This document shows, one piece after another, positions 25,980-40,570 of a stretch of 64,000 nt of DNA. Both the position numbers and the translations under genes were made by a program. Origin of the DNA: Welwitschia mirabilis. Its lineage: Eukaryota. Below the pieces are notes generated by a model. The model was given only the letters and a program-made list of their open reading frames with translations, searched no databases and was not told where the DNA came from. The stretch is from assembly GCA_051453625.1 (NCBI GenBank), contig JBOZIK010000001.1, positions 10,198,040 to 10,262,039 of the forward strand, in the 5' to 3' direction. Every line of letters starts with the position of its first letter. The first letter of the stretch is position 1.

Positions 25980-28900
25980 TTTAACTTAGATCAGTAAGCT
26001 TAAAATATTTATAAGTCACCAAAGTAGTTGGATGATAATCTTTCAGATAGTGTTCATTAACATTAAGGAGTTGATTATTTTTGGGATTTTCAATGAGAAT
26101 AACTCTATGAGGAAAAACCATTTTTATCAATAAGGGTCTTTTCCACCTAGATACTAGTTTGCCTAGAAAAATATGCAAGCATGAGTTATATAGTAAGACT
26201 AGTTCTCCCTTCTAAAACGTTTTTCTAAGGATATGTTAATCATGAAACCTGTTCATCCTATCCTTATTTATTCTCATGTTATCATGGGCATCATTTATAA
26301 TTTCCTCTAGTTCATTGAGTTGTATAATCCTATTTTTCTTTGTAGCCTCTAAGTCTAAGTTCATATTCTTGATTGCCTAGTAAGCATTATGCTCAAGTTC
26401 CATAAGTAAATGACATACTTTACCATAAACTAATCAAAAAGATAACATTCTAAGGGCATTTTATAAGTAGTGTAATATGCACATAAGACATTATTAAGTT
26501 TAAAAGGCTAGTTTTTACATGTTGAGTTTACTACTTTTTAAAGGATTTTCTTAAGTTTCCTATTCATAACCTTAACCTAGTCACTTATTTATTAGTGATA
26601 AGGTGTGATGACTTTATGTGTAACTCCATATTTATCAAGGAGATTATTGAATATTTTTTATAAAAGTGTGTCCCTTCATCACTAATTAAAACACATGAAT
26701 AGCTAAAAATATCAGACATTTTCTTTAAATATTCTGACTACCATTTTAGCATTATTTGTTTAACAGTCACATGCTTCAATACATTTAATTATGTAGTTAA
26801 CACAAATAAGGATGTATTATTCTCCATTTAATAATGGATAAGGGCCTTGAAAATTAGTTTCCTATACATCAAAAGGTTAAATAACAAGGATGGAGTTTAA
26901 GGAAATCATTTGTCTTTTTAAAAGACTTCCTAAGATTTAACAATTGTCATAGGATTTGCAGTAAAGATAGAAGTCTTTGAAAATTAATGGTCAATAAAAA
27001 CTAAATTAGAATATTTTTATTACAATCTTGTTAGCTGAGTAGTAGCTCCTATAAACCTCAAAATGGTAATGTTTATGTATGTTGTAAATGTCAGTTTAAG
27101 GGACACATTTACAAAATACTTAGTTTAGAAAATATTTAAAAAGGTATAGGCTATTCCAAAAAAAAAAAAATATTTACCTTGGTTTAGAAACCTCTTTTTA
27201 TCGTCAATGGTCTAGTGGGAAGAAATAGTTTTAGAGAATAAATAATTAGTGATATATATAAATAAGGTATCTCCTTAACTAAAAAAATATTTTCATCTTA
27301 AAAAGTATCATCAATAAGTAAATATGTTTGATATTATTTAGAGATGTCTGCAAAAAAGGATCTTCAATGATATTATTAAAGCCTTTTTTATTCTTAATTT
27401 CTAGATCAAATTCTTGAAGGAGGAGGATCTATTTGATTAGCCATGGTTTCAAATCTGTTTTGGCAGAAATATACCTAAGAACTGAGTGAACCTTAAATCC
27501 TAAAAGGTGTTACCTAAAATTTTTGAGATAAAAGATAATAGCCAAAAGCTCTCTCTTTGTAATGGTGTAATTGATTTTAGTGTCATTTAAGGTTTTACTA
27601 ATGTAGTGAATCATAGTTGATTTTTTATTAATTCTTTATCCTAATACAGCTCCTGCTATAAAGTAATTTGCATTACACATAAGCTTAAAACATAACTTCC
27701 AATTAGGTGTTTGGATAATGGGTTTGAAAGTTAGTTTTTCCTTGAGTTGTTTAAATGCATTTTGACATTCTAAATTCTAATTGAAATAGGCATCCTTCTT
27801 TAAAAGATCACATAAAGGCTTATCAATTTTACTAAAGTCCTTAATGAATCTTCTATAGTATCCTATGTGCTCTAAGAATGGTCTAATATCCTTTTGTTTG
27901 TAATGGATTAAAAGGTTCATAATTAAGAAGACTTTAGCTAGATCTACTTGAATTACTTCCTTAGAGATGACGTTTCCTAAAACTATGGGTTAATTTACCA
28001 TATAATGATATTTTTCCCAATTAAGAATAAAGGATTTTTTTAGGCATCTTTTAAGAAAATTTTCTAAGTTGTTAAAATAATGGTTACATGAGGTTTCATA
28101 AACTGATAAGTCATCCATGAAGATTTTGACACTTTAATCTAATAAGTTAGAGAAGATTCCAAACATGTAATGTTGGAAAGTGGTAGGTGCATTGCATAGG
28201 CCAAAGGGCATTTGTTTATAACCAAATATTCCATAAGAGTAAGTAAAGGTAATCTTGTCTTGATCTTTAAGAGCAATTTCAATTTTATTATAACTAGAGT
28301 ATCCATATAAGAAATAGGAGAAATGGTATCCTATGATTTGTTCTAAACTTTGATCTAGGAAAGGAAGAGGGTAATGATTTTTTCTAGACATATTATTTAA
28401 ATTTTTGTAATCAATACATATCCTCTATTTTATAGTATATTTAGTAGGGATAATATTATTATATGTGTTAGGAACAAGGTTAATTCCTAATTTCTTAGCT
28501 ATGGTATGAATTGGACTTACCCACTTGTTGTCTGAAATGATGTAAATAATCCTATTATTGAGAAGTTTAATCACCTTGGTTTTAACTACTTCCCTCATAT
28601 TTGGATTTATTCTTCATTGTTCCTTAATGAATGGTTTAATATTTTCCTCTAAATAGTTGTGATGTATGTAGATACTAGGATTAATTCCTCTAATGTTAAA
28701 GAGGATTCACCCTATTACCTATTTGTTCTTCCTTAAGAGTCTAAGTAATTAATATTCTTCAGATGAGATTAAGAAAGAGTTTATGACTACTAAAAAGATG
28801 GTGTTATCACCTAATAAAGCATACTTCAGATCACCAAGTAAGGGTTTAAGTTCTAAATCAACTTTGTTTTAGGCTATGAGGCATGTTTATTGAAGTACTT

Positions 28901-30094
28901 TTTTTTATTACTTTTAGAAGATTGAGAAGTGGATTCCTAATCCTTAACAAGGATTTCTACCCTATCTACATACTATATCCCTTCATCATCTAATGACAAC
29001 CTTATGGCATTAAAGACATTTAGTTCTATGGTTATGTTACCAAAGGAAGTTTTCATTAATCTATTCTTGCAATTAATCAAGGCACTAGAGTTGCTAAGAA
29101 TGGTCTTCTTAATATGATGGGAACTATTTTATTTGAATAATTCTCCAAGTCCAAGACCAGAAAATCTATTGGGAAGTATTAATGATTCACTCTAACTATA
29201 ACATCTTTGATAACTCCTAATAGTATTTTAGTAGAGTTATCTATTAATTGAAGTTAAAGGTTCTTTCTAAGTCCTTCTAAGTCTAAATTCTTATAGTTTT
29301 TATAAGGGGGCAAGTTCACACAGGCTCTTAAATCTAGCAATACTTGGTTGAGTGTTTTGTTTCCTATGGTAATAGTAATTATGGGATATCCAGTGTTTTT
29401 GTACTTTAATGGGAATTGGTTTTGGATCATTGCACTCATTTGTTAAGCTCAAAAGTATTCATATTTAACATTCATTCACTTTTTAATAGTGCATAAGTCT
29501 TTAAGTAATTTAGCATAGGAAGGGATCTATTGGCTTCTAGAAGGGGAATTTTTATCTTAACTTCTTTGAAATTTCTAAGGCCTTTGGTTTTTTTATTTCA
29601 TTATATTTTCCTTCCTAAGCTATTGGGGAAAAGATAATGGTTATTTGTAAATAGGTAATGGTTTTCACTCTTATATTTTTTCTTATGTTCTATAGGGTTT
29701 TGTTTTTCTTTAGGCATATTTTGTATGGGTGGAGTTTCTAGCTCTTTCCCACTTCTAAGGCGTATCGATTTGGTCTCTTCTAATTCTTCTATTCATTTTT
29801 TAAATCTAACTCCTTTTATATTTAATTAAGCAATCATGTGAATTTTTCCTATTTTTCTTTGGTTTATTGATGAGATAATATGGGTGGTGATTTATTAGAG
29901 TTAGTTTATGTTTTATTCAATCCTTTTATTCATTTGTATTTGTGTTTCCATGTACTTTTTGAGGGTATCCTCCAATGAGTTTTACGAAGTGGTTTGGTGG
30001 TTTAATGATGAAGAGTAATAATTAGAAGATAAGGGGAATAAATTTTTAGGATGAAAATTTTTTGTAAAATGTGTCTTATTTTCATGAGAAACTT
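25980..30094 (-). pseudogene. pol: Degenerate gypsy pol copy 1 (gag C-terminus, PR, RT, RH, INT)
   Basis: ORF-track fragments: 'VLLDLRACVNLPPY' (PR), 'RKNHYPLPFLDQ...MPFGLCNAPTTFQ' (RT), 'FLGKLVSRWKRP...NVNEHYLKDY' (Athila-type INT end). Confidence 0.92.
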
Positions 30095-30194
30095 NNNNNN
30101 NNNNNNNNNNNNNNNNNNNNNNNNNNNNNNNNNNNNNNNNNNNNNNNNNNNNNNNNNNNNNNNNNNNNNNNNNNNNNNNNNNNNNNNNNNNNNN
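30095..30194. other. Assembly gap (100 N)
   Basis: N run. Confidence 0.99.
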
Positions 30195-33100
30195 TTCAAA
30201 TAAAGGTATTATTTGATTGATAAGATATGTTTGTAAGGAATAGTATCATCAATAGATAAAGATTTTTAAGATTATCTGGAGATATTGATGAAAGATTATT
30301 TGCAACAACATTATCAAAGCATTTCTTATCCTTAATCTCTAAATAGAATTCTTGAAGGAGAAGGATCCATTTGATAAGATGTGGTTTTAAATCCTTCTTG
30401 ACAAAAAGGTATCTAAGGTATGAGTGATCAATGTAAATGACTACTTTAGATACTAAAGGTATTACCTAAATTTTTCAAGGGCAAAGACAATAGCCAAAAG
30501 ATCCTTCTCTATGACAGTGTAATTGATTTGAATATCATATAATACTTTACTAGTATAGTAAATCATAGTTGGATTTTTATCAACTTTTTGTCCTAACACA
30601 GCTCCCACTGTGAAGTTACTTGCATCACACATAAGTTCAAAAGTTAACTTTGGATTATGTGATTGGATAATGGATGTAGAAGCTAGTTTTTCTTTGAGTT
30701 TTTCAAATGCATTTTGACACTCTAAAGTCCATTCAAAGGAAGAATCCTTACTTAAAAGTTCATACAAAGGTTTAGATATTTTACTAAAATCCTTGATAAA
30801 TCACTTATAATATTCTACATGCCCTAAGAAAGATCTAATATCTTTTTGTTTCTAGCGATTGGTAGGTATGTGATTAATGAAATCTTAGCAAGATATACGT
30901 AAATTTCTTCTTTGAAGATGACATGTCATAAAACTATACCTTGATTTACAATGAAATGGCATTTTGCCAGTTGAGTACAAGGCATTTTTCAATGCATTTT
31001 TTGAGGATATGATTTAAGTTGCTCAAACAATGGTTAAATGAATTTCCACAAACTAATAAGTCATTCATGAAGATTTTGATACTTAAATCTAATAGTTGAA
31101 GAATATTACAAACATGTAACATTCGAAAGTATTAGGTGCATTAGATAGGCCAAAGGGAATTCATTTTTAAGCAAATATTTCATAGGAGTAAGTGAATGTT
31201 AATTTTTCTTGATCTTCGAGAATAATTTCAATCTAGTTGTAACCTGAGTAATAATCCAAGAAATAGTAAAAAGGATGTCTTATGAGTTATTCTAAAATTT
31301 AATCTAGAAAATAAAGAGGAGAATTATCTTTTCTAGACAAAGCATTTAATTTTCTGTAATCAATACACATCCTTTATTTTATAGCAAGTTTGGTAGGAAT
31401 AAGCTCATTATGCTTATTAGGGATAAGGGTAATTCCTAATTTCTTATCTAATATATGAGTTGGACTTATCCCCTTACTATCTAAAATAGGGTAAATAATT
31501 CCATTGTCAAGAATTTTAATTACCTCATTTTTAGCAATTTGCCTCATAGTTGGCTTTATCCTATGTTATGCTTCATTGAATGGTTCGAAATTTTCCTATA
31601 AATAGATATGGTGCATGCAAATACTAAGGTCAATCCTTGTAATATCATAGAGGATTCAACTTATTGCCTGTTTGTTATTCCTTAAGAGCCTAAGCAATTA
31701 ATCTTCTTCAAATGATGTTAAGAAAAAGTTTATGCCTATCACTAAGGTGGAGATATCTCCTAAGAAAGTGTATTTTAAATGATTAGGTAAGGGTTTAGGT
31801 TTTAGATCAACTTCATCTTGAGCTATGGGGCACATTTCTTAAGATTATTCAAATTTATCATTTTCAAAAGAATGAGAATTGAATTCTAGATCCTCAACAA
31901 AGCCTTTTATTCTATCTATTAACTCTACCCCTTTATCATTTGATGGAAACTTCATAACATTAAAGATGCTTAGCTCTATGGTCATGTTGCTGAATGAAAT
32001 TTTCGTTAATCCATTCCTACAATTAATTAGGGCATTTGAGGTTGCTAGGAATGGTCTTCCTAATATGACAGGCACTGTTTAGTTTTATGATTTCTCCCTG
32101 TCTAAGACCACAAAATCTAATGGAAAGTAACAACTACCCACTCTAACTATGACATTTATGATGATTCCTAATAGTTTTTTAATAGAGTTATTTGCTAATT
32201 GGAGTTGAAGTTTTATGCTTTTGAGTCCTTTCAAGCCTAACTTATTATAGGTTTTATAAGGAAGTAATTTTACACTGGTTTCTGAATCCAACAAGGCTTG
32301 TTTGAGAGTTTTGTTACCTATGATAATGGTAATTGTAGGACATCCAGGGTCATTGTACTTTAGTGGGAATTGGTTCTAGAGAATCACACTCATTTGTTGA
32401 GCTTAAAATGCTTTAGATTTGATGTTCATTCATCTTTTTATAGTGTATAAATCTTTAAGGAATCTATCATAGGAAGGAACTTGTTTAATGGCTTCTAGAA
32501 GGAGAATGTTTATTTTAACTTATTTGAAAATTTGTAGTTCCTCGAATTAATTTTTCATTTTATTTTCCTTCCTAAGATATTGGGGAAAAGAAAATGGTTT
32601 ATTGTAAATAGGTAATGAATCATCACTCTTATCATTTTCCTTATTTTCTATGGGGTTTTATTTATCCTTAGGCTTATTTTGTATGGATGGATTTTCTAGC
32701 TCTTTTCCACTCCTAAAGTGTATAGAATTGGTCTCTTCTAAGTATTCTATTTCTTTTGTGAATCTAACTCCTTTTGAATTGGGTTGGATGATCATGAGAA
32801 GTTTTTCTATTTTTCTTTGATTTATTGATGAAAGAATGTGGTTGGTATTTTATTGAATTTGGTCTAGGATCTATTCAAACCTTTGATTTATTTGTCCTTG
32901 TTTTTTATTTACTTGTTTTTATCTTTAATTTGTTTTCTCTTGTCTTTTTATGAACTTTTTAAAATCATCTAATGAGTTAAATAAAGTGATTTAATGATTT
33001 GAAGTTGAATAATAAGAATTAGAAGATGAGGGAAATAAATTTTTAGGCTAGAAATTTTATTATGTGATATTGTCTTGCTTCTAAGAGAAATTTGGATAAT

Positions 33101-34320
33101 TTCACCAATTAAAATTATAAGTATTTGAGTAAGGATTATTTTTGGGATTTTTCCATGTCTTACTGTGTTCACTTATTTGTTAACAGTGCTTTGAAATTAA
33201 GGGATAGATGGGCATTCAATAGTTTTATGAGTGTTGATATAACCAATTAAACACTAAGGTTTAGTGACCAGAGGTAAGGTTAAGGATGAGGAAATTAATG
33301 ATTCTAACTTTCTTGCTAGTTCATCAATTTTATTATTTATTTCAAAGTTTTCTAAGATTTTAAAGATACTAGTTAAACAAACTAAATGATGTGATCTTGA
33401 AGGTTCCATAGGTTTCTCCCAATTTTTTGATCTCTTAATTACACTTTATAAATACTTTCAAACCTCATACAAGTACATGCTTAGAAAATTACCATGGCTC
33501 ATCATTTTCACTAGTTGGTGGTTATTTATGGACAACACATCATAGAGGAAACTTATGTCCCTACCAAGTTCAAAACCATGTTGGGGGAATTTTAATAATA
33601 GATATTTATGTCTTTCTAAGGTCTAGGAGAAAGTTTCATAATCCTTCTATTAAAAATTCATGATTTCTTTGCTAAGGACATTTGTCTTATAACTAGGAAG
33701 GAATTTAGAGATGAAGACCTTGCTCAGTTCTATTGAATTTTTAATGGAAAAGGATTTTAGGATGTATAACTCATATTTTCCCTTTTCTTTTAGTAAAAAC
33801 GAGAATAAGGTAAGTCTAAGTACATCATGATTGTTGGGGTACTAAGGGAAGATTGATGAGATGCACTCAAATTTCTTAAGGTGTATATATGGATTTTTAG
33901 ATTCAAGGCCATGGAAATAAGGCAATATTTAAATAGCAAGGGTTTAAATTCTAGCCTCTGGTTAATAGGTGGTAGTACTATGTGATAGGGTGTTCCTAAA
34001 TTAGAGGTAATCATAAAGGGTTTGCCTATGTTGATTGGAGGCAATGGTGAGGATGGCTTACTGTTTGGCCAATTCTTGGATGAAATAATATGTTGTTAAC
34101 CTATTAAGCATTTCTTGGTTCAACAAGTCTCCATCAAAGTGATCAAGTAGGTCATTTGGATTGTGTTGAGGTAAGCCAATTTGGTTATTTTTTTAAATTC
34201 TTGTTTAGAGTCATTTTGAGCTTGGTTTTTATTTTAGGCTTTAAGTTCTCTCATTCTTTTATGATTAGTAAAGGAGTTTATGTTGTTTTGGGTTAATCTT
34301 CCTATATTATTATGATTCCA
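30195..34320 (-). pseudogene. pol: Degenerate gypsy gag-PR-RT-RH copy 2
   Basis: ORF-track fragments: 'FELMCDASNFTVGAVLGQK...EKDLLAIVFALEKFR' (RH), 'PVILGRPFLATSNALINCRNG' and 'YFPLDFVVLD' (PR region). Gag remnants at ~33000-34050. Confidence 0.92.
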
Positions 34321-35112
34321 TGTCATACAAGAAGGTTTCAGATAATAAACATATAAAAATTTTTAGGTCTTGTAAGTCAAAAGGGTCTTAGAGATTACAA
34401 GAAAGGTTTTGTCAAGAGAACAGAGTGTTCTAGCTAGAACGCTAGTGGTGCTAGTGAGAAAAGGTGACGATGTTCATTAGGTTACATAGAATACATTTAG
34501 CTTTATCATAGTGGTTTATTAAGTGCAAATCAAGTAAAAGCAATATCAAGCACACAAAGAAATAAAATAGAGATGACAAACATGATCAAAAAGTAATGAG
34601 AATCATGAGATAAAATTAGGAAAAATTTAACATTTCATGCATGTAGTGAAAGATAGGAATAAAAATAGAAAAATATAAAAAATTGTAGAAAATGCAATAG
34701 AAAAATAAATCTACATAATGCTTAAGTAATTTTTAAGATATTTTAATTTTTTTATAAAGCTCCAATAGTAACCTATAAACAAACATTAAACCTACAGAAA
34801 ATAAGTTAGGAAATCAAAAACAAACTTTGAAAAGCTAAACTAGTTTGGGTAACACTAAAAGAACTAGTACTAAACACTAGAAAGCATGCAAAAAAAGCAA
34901 AAATGAACCAATTTGGATAAAACTAGAAATAACTAGTACCAACCACTAGAAAGAAAAGAAAAGAAATACACAAAGCAAAACAAAAAGAACCAGTTCAGGT
35001 ATCACTGGAAAATAGACCAGTATCCACAATTAGAGAAATACAACTATGTATAATCTTGAAAAAAGAAAAACTAGTGCACCATTCTATTATCCCTAGCAAT
35101 GGTAAAAAAATC

Positions 35113-36423
35113 TATTAACTATAGTACAAGGTCTCAAATTTAAGTTAAGTTTTCACTTAGCTATCATTCTTAATTAGATATAACTATAGGTATTAGCTTA
35201 ATTTCATACCACTTTAACTTTAAAATAAGTTATAAAGAGAAAAGAAAAAAGAAGAAGATCTAAAAAGACTTTAAGATTGAAATTTATCTTTAAGAACAGG
35301 AAGAAAACTAGCTCCAAGTTATTACTAGTTTATTCTTAAGTACTCCTTCAATCCAATGTTATACAATTATCCATTCCTACAAAACACTTCAAATTATCAA
35401 GTGAATTTGGCTTAATTCATAGGACATAATCTCATCCTTGATATAATAATTGGTAAATTCACTTAATACTTTAATGTCAAAATAACAATATAAAGTAAGG
35501 ACTCCCAGATTATTCAAGTTCTATGAAACTAAAACAATTAAGGGATAAAAGTGGGTTCATATAAATATAATAAACTTAATTGTAAAAGTAATTATCTAAG
35601 AATTCCTAGTATGATATTACTCATGAATTGAAATCAAAGATAAGAACTTCTATATTGCAAAATAGTAATAATCTTATAGCAAAGGAAGAAGAAAGAAGAA
35701 GAACTTCTCAGACAATTCTCAAGACTAGTTCACTTCCATAAAGAGTCGCCTAGAAAGCCATTACAAGTAGATGCTCCAAAGTGCTCCAATTTCTTCTAAA
35801 GATAAATATGATACAATGAAGCGTTTAAGGCCTTTTTATAGTAGAAATGGTGAAGAGGGGTGGTTACGAGTATTTGCCTTATAATGCTAGGTAGAAAATT
35901 ACATAATTACATTAAGTATGATGGTTTTTCTTCTCTTCTATTTGGTGAATATGCTTATGATGATGCCATCACTTGATTTTAGAGTGCTGCAGCTACTACC
36001 AACAACTGACTATATCATGTGTCTCCATTGCCATCCTAATTAGCCTTGCTAAATGTTGCTCTATGAATTCTCATCATCACTACCATGTGTCGATAGAAAT
36101 ACAATTAATTTGTAATGTGTCATTTGATTAATCCCATAACTAAGTTCTATTCAATTGAAGAAAGTCTAAGCACATTATCCAATAGTGCCAATGGCCTAGA
36201 TAGTGGCATTAACATTTTAACACTGATGATCATGAAATTAAATCCTGTTCTTCAATTGAGATTAAGCACCTTGAAAATGTTATGAAAAAATAGTTAGGTG
36301 TATAATTAATATGAAAACAAATAGAATACATGTTTTTATGGTGAAATTGATTATATTAATGTTTTTTAATGTGGTTGATTCATCATTTAACTTGATTATA
36401 AAGTCAATTTTTACATGTTAATG
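35113..36423 (-). repeat. F 5' LTR
   Basis: Colinear with 23381-24716, followed on minus by a PBS-like motif and leader repeats. Confidence 0.88.
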
Positions 36424-36429
36424 GAGATC

Positions 36430-37790
36430 TTTCCCTTACTAATATGGCATGCTCAACTAGGATATCCTGCCCTTTACATAATGAATGTAATGTTTGATAA
36501 TGATCATCAGCTTCTTTCATCCATTCCATGGGATTTTTCTTACTATAAAGCATTCATTATGAGTAAAGTAACTTGACAATGATTTGCACCAAGTAATAGA
36601 TATGCTAATCAAAAACTTTTGCTTATTCATAATTATCTATGTGGGCATATGTCAGTTTTGACTCTCCAAGGCTTTTGCTTTTTTATATCTTTTATTGATC
36701 ATTATTCCTGAATGACTTAGGTGTTTCATCAAATTAAAATCTCATATTTTAGACATTTTTAAGAAGTAAAAAGCTAAAGTAAAAAAGCAATTTGACTATT
36801 AATTTAAAGGTTTCTATTTAGATAATGGTGATGAGTACACATCTACCAAGTTTAAAGACTTTGTTTCTTTTAAAGAATGCAACATTTGAAGAGATACCCC
36901 AGGAAACCTCAACAAAATGGCATTTCTAAGTGATTTAATCTCACTATCATGGATATGGCACATTCCATAATGCATTTTTATTATTGTAAGATCTATCTTT
37001 AAGGTAAAGTAATGAATACAGTACTTCATCTTAATAATTGCATTGGGCGATATACTAAAAAAGGAGTATATTCAACTAAAAATTGGTATGGGTACAAGCT
37101 AAAGTTAAACCTTTTTAACATTTTTAGTTGCAATTGCTCTATCTATATTCTACATAAACATTGTGAAAAATTTAGTTACATACTCACATTAGTGTATTTA
37201 CGAGATATCTAACCAACTAGAAGGATTATTAAGTGTATTGCCCAAAGCATCATAAGATCATTATTTCTCATGACTTCATTTTTTTAGAGACTTTAAATAA
37301 TGATTCTCAACTTCATTCTTTAAAGCTTTGTCCTTTCTCTAACCTAGTACTCATATTAGATGCTTAATGTCCTACAGTTGAGGGAAGAGCTATGGCTACT
37401 AGTCAAGCTTTAATTTTTTATATTAGTATAACTTATTTTCAACATATAGGAATTAAGAAATTTGGTGCTCTCAGCATGCTTAATCATGGTTTTAGTAGTA
37501 ATTTAACTAGTTCTCAAAATAAATAAACTAATACTACTTGAATACAACATTGACATGCTTGGTTATAATCTACTCTCCAAGATGTCGATGGTGATGGGAA
37601 GGGTAAAACTAGAATCATATATGTATTACATACAACTCATTGTGATGGTGATGATAAGCTTTATTTAACTTTAATGGTAACCTAACTTATCTAAAAGGCA
37701 TCATTCTACACAATCACTAGATCTAAGATATGGAAGAAGAATACTATGTTGTAGAAAACTGTACATTAAAGTTGATCCATAAAATTAAGA
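36430..37790 (+). pseudogene. Degenerate Copia GAG-pre-integrase and integrase, with a possible RT start
   Basis: 'IWHAQLGYP' (~WHARLGHP), 'LIHNYLCG', 'FIDHYS*MT*V', 'DNGDEYTS', 'PQQNGIS'. An 'EEY..VEN.T'-like RT start lies near 37735. Confidence 0.85.
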
Positions 37791-39317
37791 AACTTATATA
37801 GCATATCTTTATTGCACTAGTAGATCATCTAAACATCAAACTAATAATTTACACTTAAATAAATATACTCAGTCAAGAGAAACTTTAGTATTTTCTATCT
37901 AAGATTGGATTCATGATGATTTGATTCAAACTCATTCTTTCTTATACATTATGGACTTAATTTAACTTTTAAGTCTTTGATTTGAGTTACCCCTAATCTG
38001 AGTACTATCGAATGTAAAGTATAATTATATCCTAGTACTGAAGAATGTGTAGTACATGTTTTAACTTAACATTATGGGATGTGTTTTGCACATAATAAGC
38101 CCTATCTTCTATGATATATGTAGTATTAAATTGACTACTTCTTTAATAAAGTAGTTCTCTCATATGGCAACTCTTTGAGGAGGCTTTATTGTAGGCACAT
38201 TCCTAAGGTTTTCCCTTGGGTACTTTGGTTTTCCCTTGAAAGAAAGCATATTTCTATGTTAAGGGGGAAATTGCTAAGGTTTGTATACACACTATGGTCC
38301 TATGCATAAGGATATGTGAAATTCCTAGTAAAACCTTAATGATGTGTTTGCCTTTATAAGCAAGCTCTTTGATGACATAAGAATGATGAGATATTTTAGA
38401 GAAATAAAAGTTCTAATTTGGAAGAATCTTGTCATCTCTCTTGGTCTTCTGTTTTCCAATACTTTGCATGCATCACCTTGAAAAATCCCTTTTAAAATTT
38501 TCAATTTTATTATATGATTTTACTTTATATTTTTTCTTTATAATAGAATATCCTTTTAGATTACATTTAAAATTTAAAAAAAAAAATAAAAAAACACTTT
38601 TACTTAATAATCTTTCTTTCCTAAAACCATCTAACTTTTACCACTTGTACAATCATTGTTGTAAATCCTTTCACTTAGAAAATCCTGAATATTATTCCTT
38701 TCATAGAATAATCCATTATTACCTTAAACCTCATCATCCACCTCTTCCCAATTGACTTTATTTCATAAGGCTAACTAACCACCCTTCCCTTCCATCCATC
38801 CATGAATTCCTAAAACTTGATAACTCTAGTTGATGGTCCTTAATAAATAAACCATTAATAAATGATCACTTATCAGTACAATTTAGATAGAATTTAAGTT
38901 TACTTGTATTTTTGAAGAAAAGGTTATGCTTATTTGTTAGTTATATTATTAATGTTAGTCTCACTTATTGTCTTTAATTTGGAAAATATAGTTGAAAAAG
39001 GTGGAATATACCTTCATATTGTATTCTTTAATTTTAAACATTTTATAGGAGCAAGATCTTTCTTGATTAGGCTAATGAGTCAATGATCTCTCTTATGTAC
39101 ATTAAAAAAATATTAAATATGATAAAAATAAATTAAAAAAATCTTTTCTTCAAAAGTAGATTTTATTATGATAACTTAGTTTAGGTTTAGTTAACTAGAT
39201 CAGGGCTATGGACTTTCACTAATAATGTAGATCTAATGATTTATTTATAACATAATCAATTTCATCTGGGATATATATTCTCACTAGTAATGTAACATTA
39301 ATTTCTTCAAGAAATAA

Positions 39318-40570
39318 TGATAACACACAAAAATTGACATCCATGTTAAGTAATGAAGGCCTTTGTAGCATTCTTAATTGATCATCTAAGTCCATAAAAA
39401 TCTATTTTTACTAATATTCTACCTTAACACTAGTATTTTATAGGATATATGTGTTATTTGGAGCATTATGAGAGAATATGGAGTTGTATTAAGCATAATT
39501 GATAGTGGCACCAATTGCAAGACTAGTTACTTTGATTAGAACGTATCATACTTATGTTATGAAATTATCTTAATGTAAGCAATCCATTATGATCATTTCT
39601 ATAAATAGAAGACGAACGAGGAATATTTTCTAAAAAAAACTCCCCAATTTGAGCCCATGACTAAAGAATAATCTCATATAATTTGAGCATTCTAAAGAAT
39701 CATCCTATGAGATTGTCAAAATCCTAATTGTAAATTCTAATTTTTGTGTATAAATATTCTACCTCTATTCACTTGAAGGATGTCATATCATTATCAAAGA
39801 GATTAGTTTTAGTTATGAGTTCTTTTTAAGCCTCTTATAAGAAGGGGTTAGCTATCAAGCTAGCATGATGATTCTTGGTTTAGCATGAGTAAATTTTCAT
39901 ATTGTATGCCTTTAATTTATTGATAATAAAGCATTACATGTTGTTGTTGTATTACTTTAATATTAAGTTATAATTGTTTGATACTTGTTATGCTTAAGAT
40001 TAGATGAGGCATGATTTTATTTTAAAATCTACTTGATGATTCTCCTTTTCATTCTATCTTGCATAACTTGAATGTTTATTTGATAGATGTTGGGAGATCG
40101 CCTACTTTTCATGATTATATTATTCTTGTTGTTAAGTCTAGATGGCTTGAATATATCACCCATATATTTATAATGGATGAGATACTACCATTTTTCTTAA
40201 GCTATAATTACATAAGGACTTATGTTTATGATGGATGAGACTATTCCATTGTGCTTGAGTTAGAATTAAAAGCTACATGAATTCAATGTAATACTTATAT
40301 TTTTCCATATAGTTTAAATTTTATGACCCTTTCCTAGATCTCTTTTATAGTTTCACTCTCATTACTTATTATCAATGTGCTTTTTTTACTGATAGATTTT
40401 GTTCTCTATCTTTGTAAAAGAATGATACTAAAATTATAATACAAACAAAAGACTTAATATTATTGATGAAAGTTATATTTTATCATGTAATATTTATATC
40501 TTTGGGATGATCTTGTTTTTTACCATACATTAATAATAGATGTAAACAGAACTAGATTTCACCATGAATA
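39318..40570 (+). repeat. D 5' LTR
   Basis: TGATAACACACAAAAATTGAC...CCATGAATA, homologous to the copies at 47669 and 49514. Followed by PBS tggcatcattactgagaa (40577-40594). Confidence 0.85.

Larger units (their letters stand above)
23381..36423 (-). mobile_element. Athila-like Ty3/gypsy element F (gag-PR-RT-RH-INT, degenerate)
   Basis: LTRs 35113-36423 (5') and 23381-24716 (3'). Eroded PBS at ~35090-35108, PPT ttaggggatg at 24717-24726 (minus), TSD aagat (23376-23380)/gagat (36424-36428). Confidence 0.85.
18292..38461 (+). mobile_element. Ty1/Copia element G with short (~190 bp) LTRs, interrupted by F
   Basis: LTRs 18292-18481 and 38272-38461, PBS tggtattagagc, PPT aagggggaaa (38261-38270), TSD cttta/ctttg. 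A-family host sequence resumes at 38462. Confidence 0.88.
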
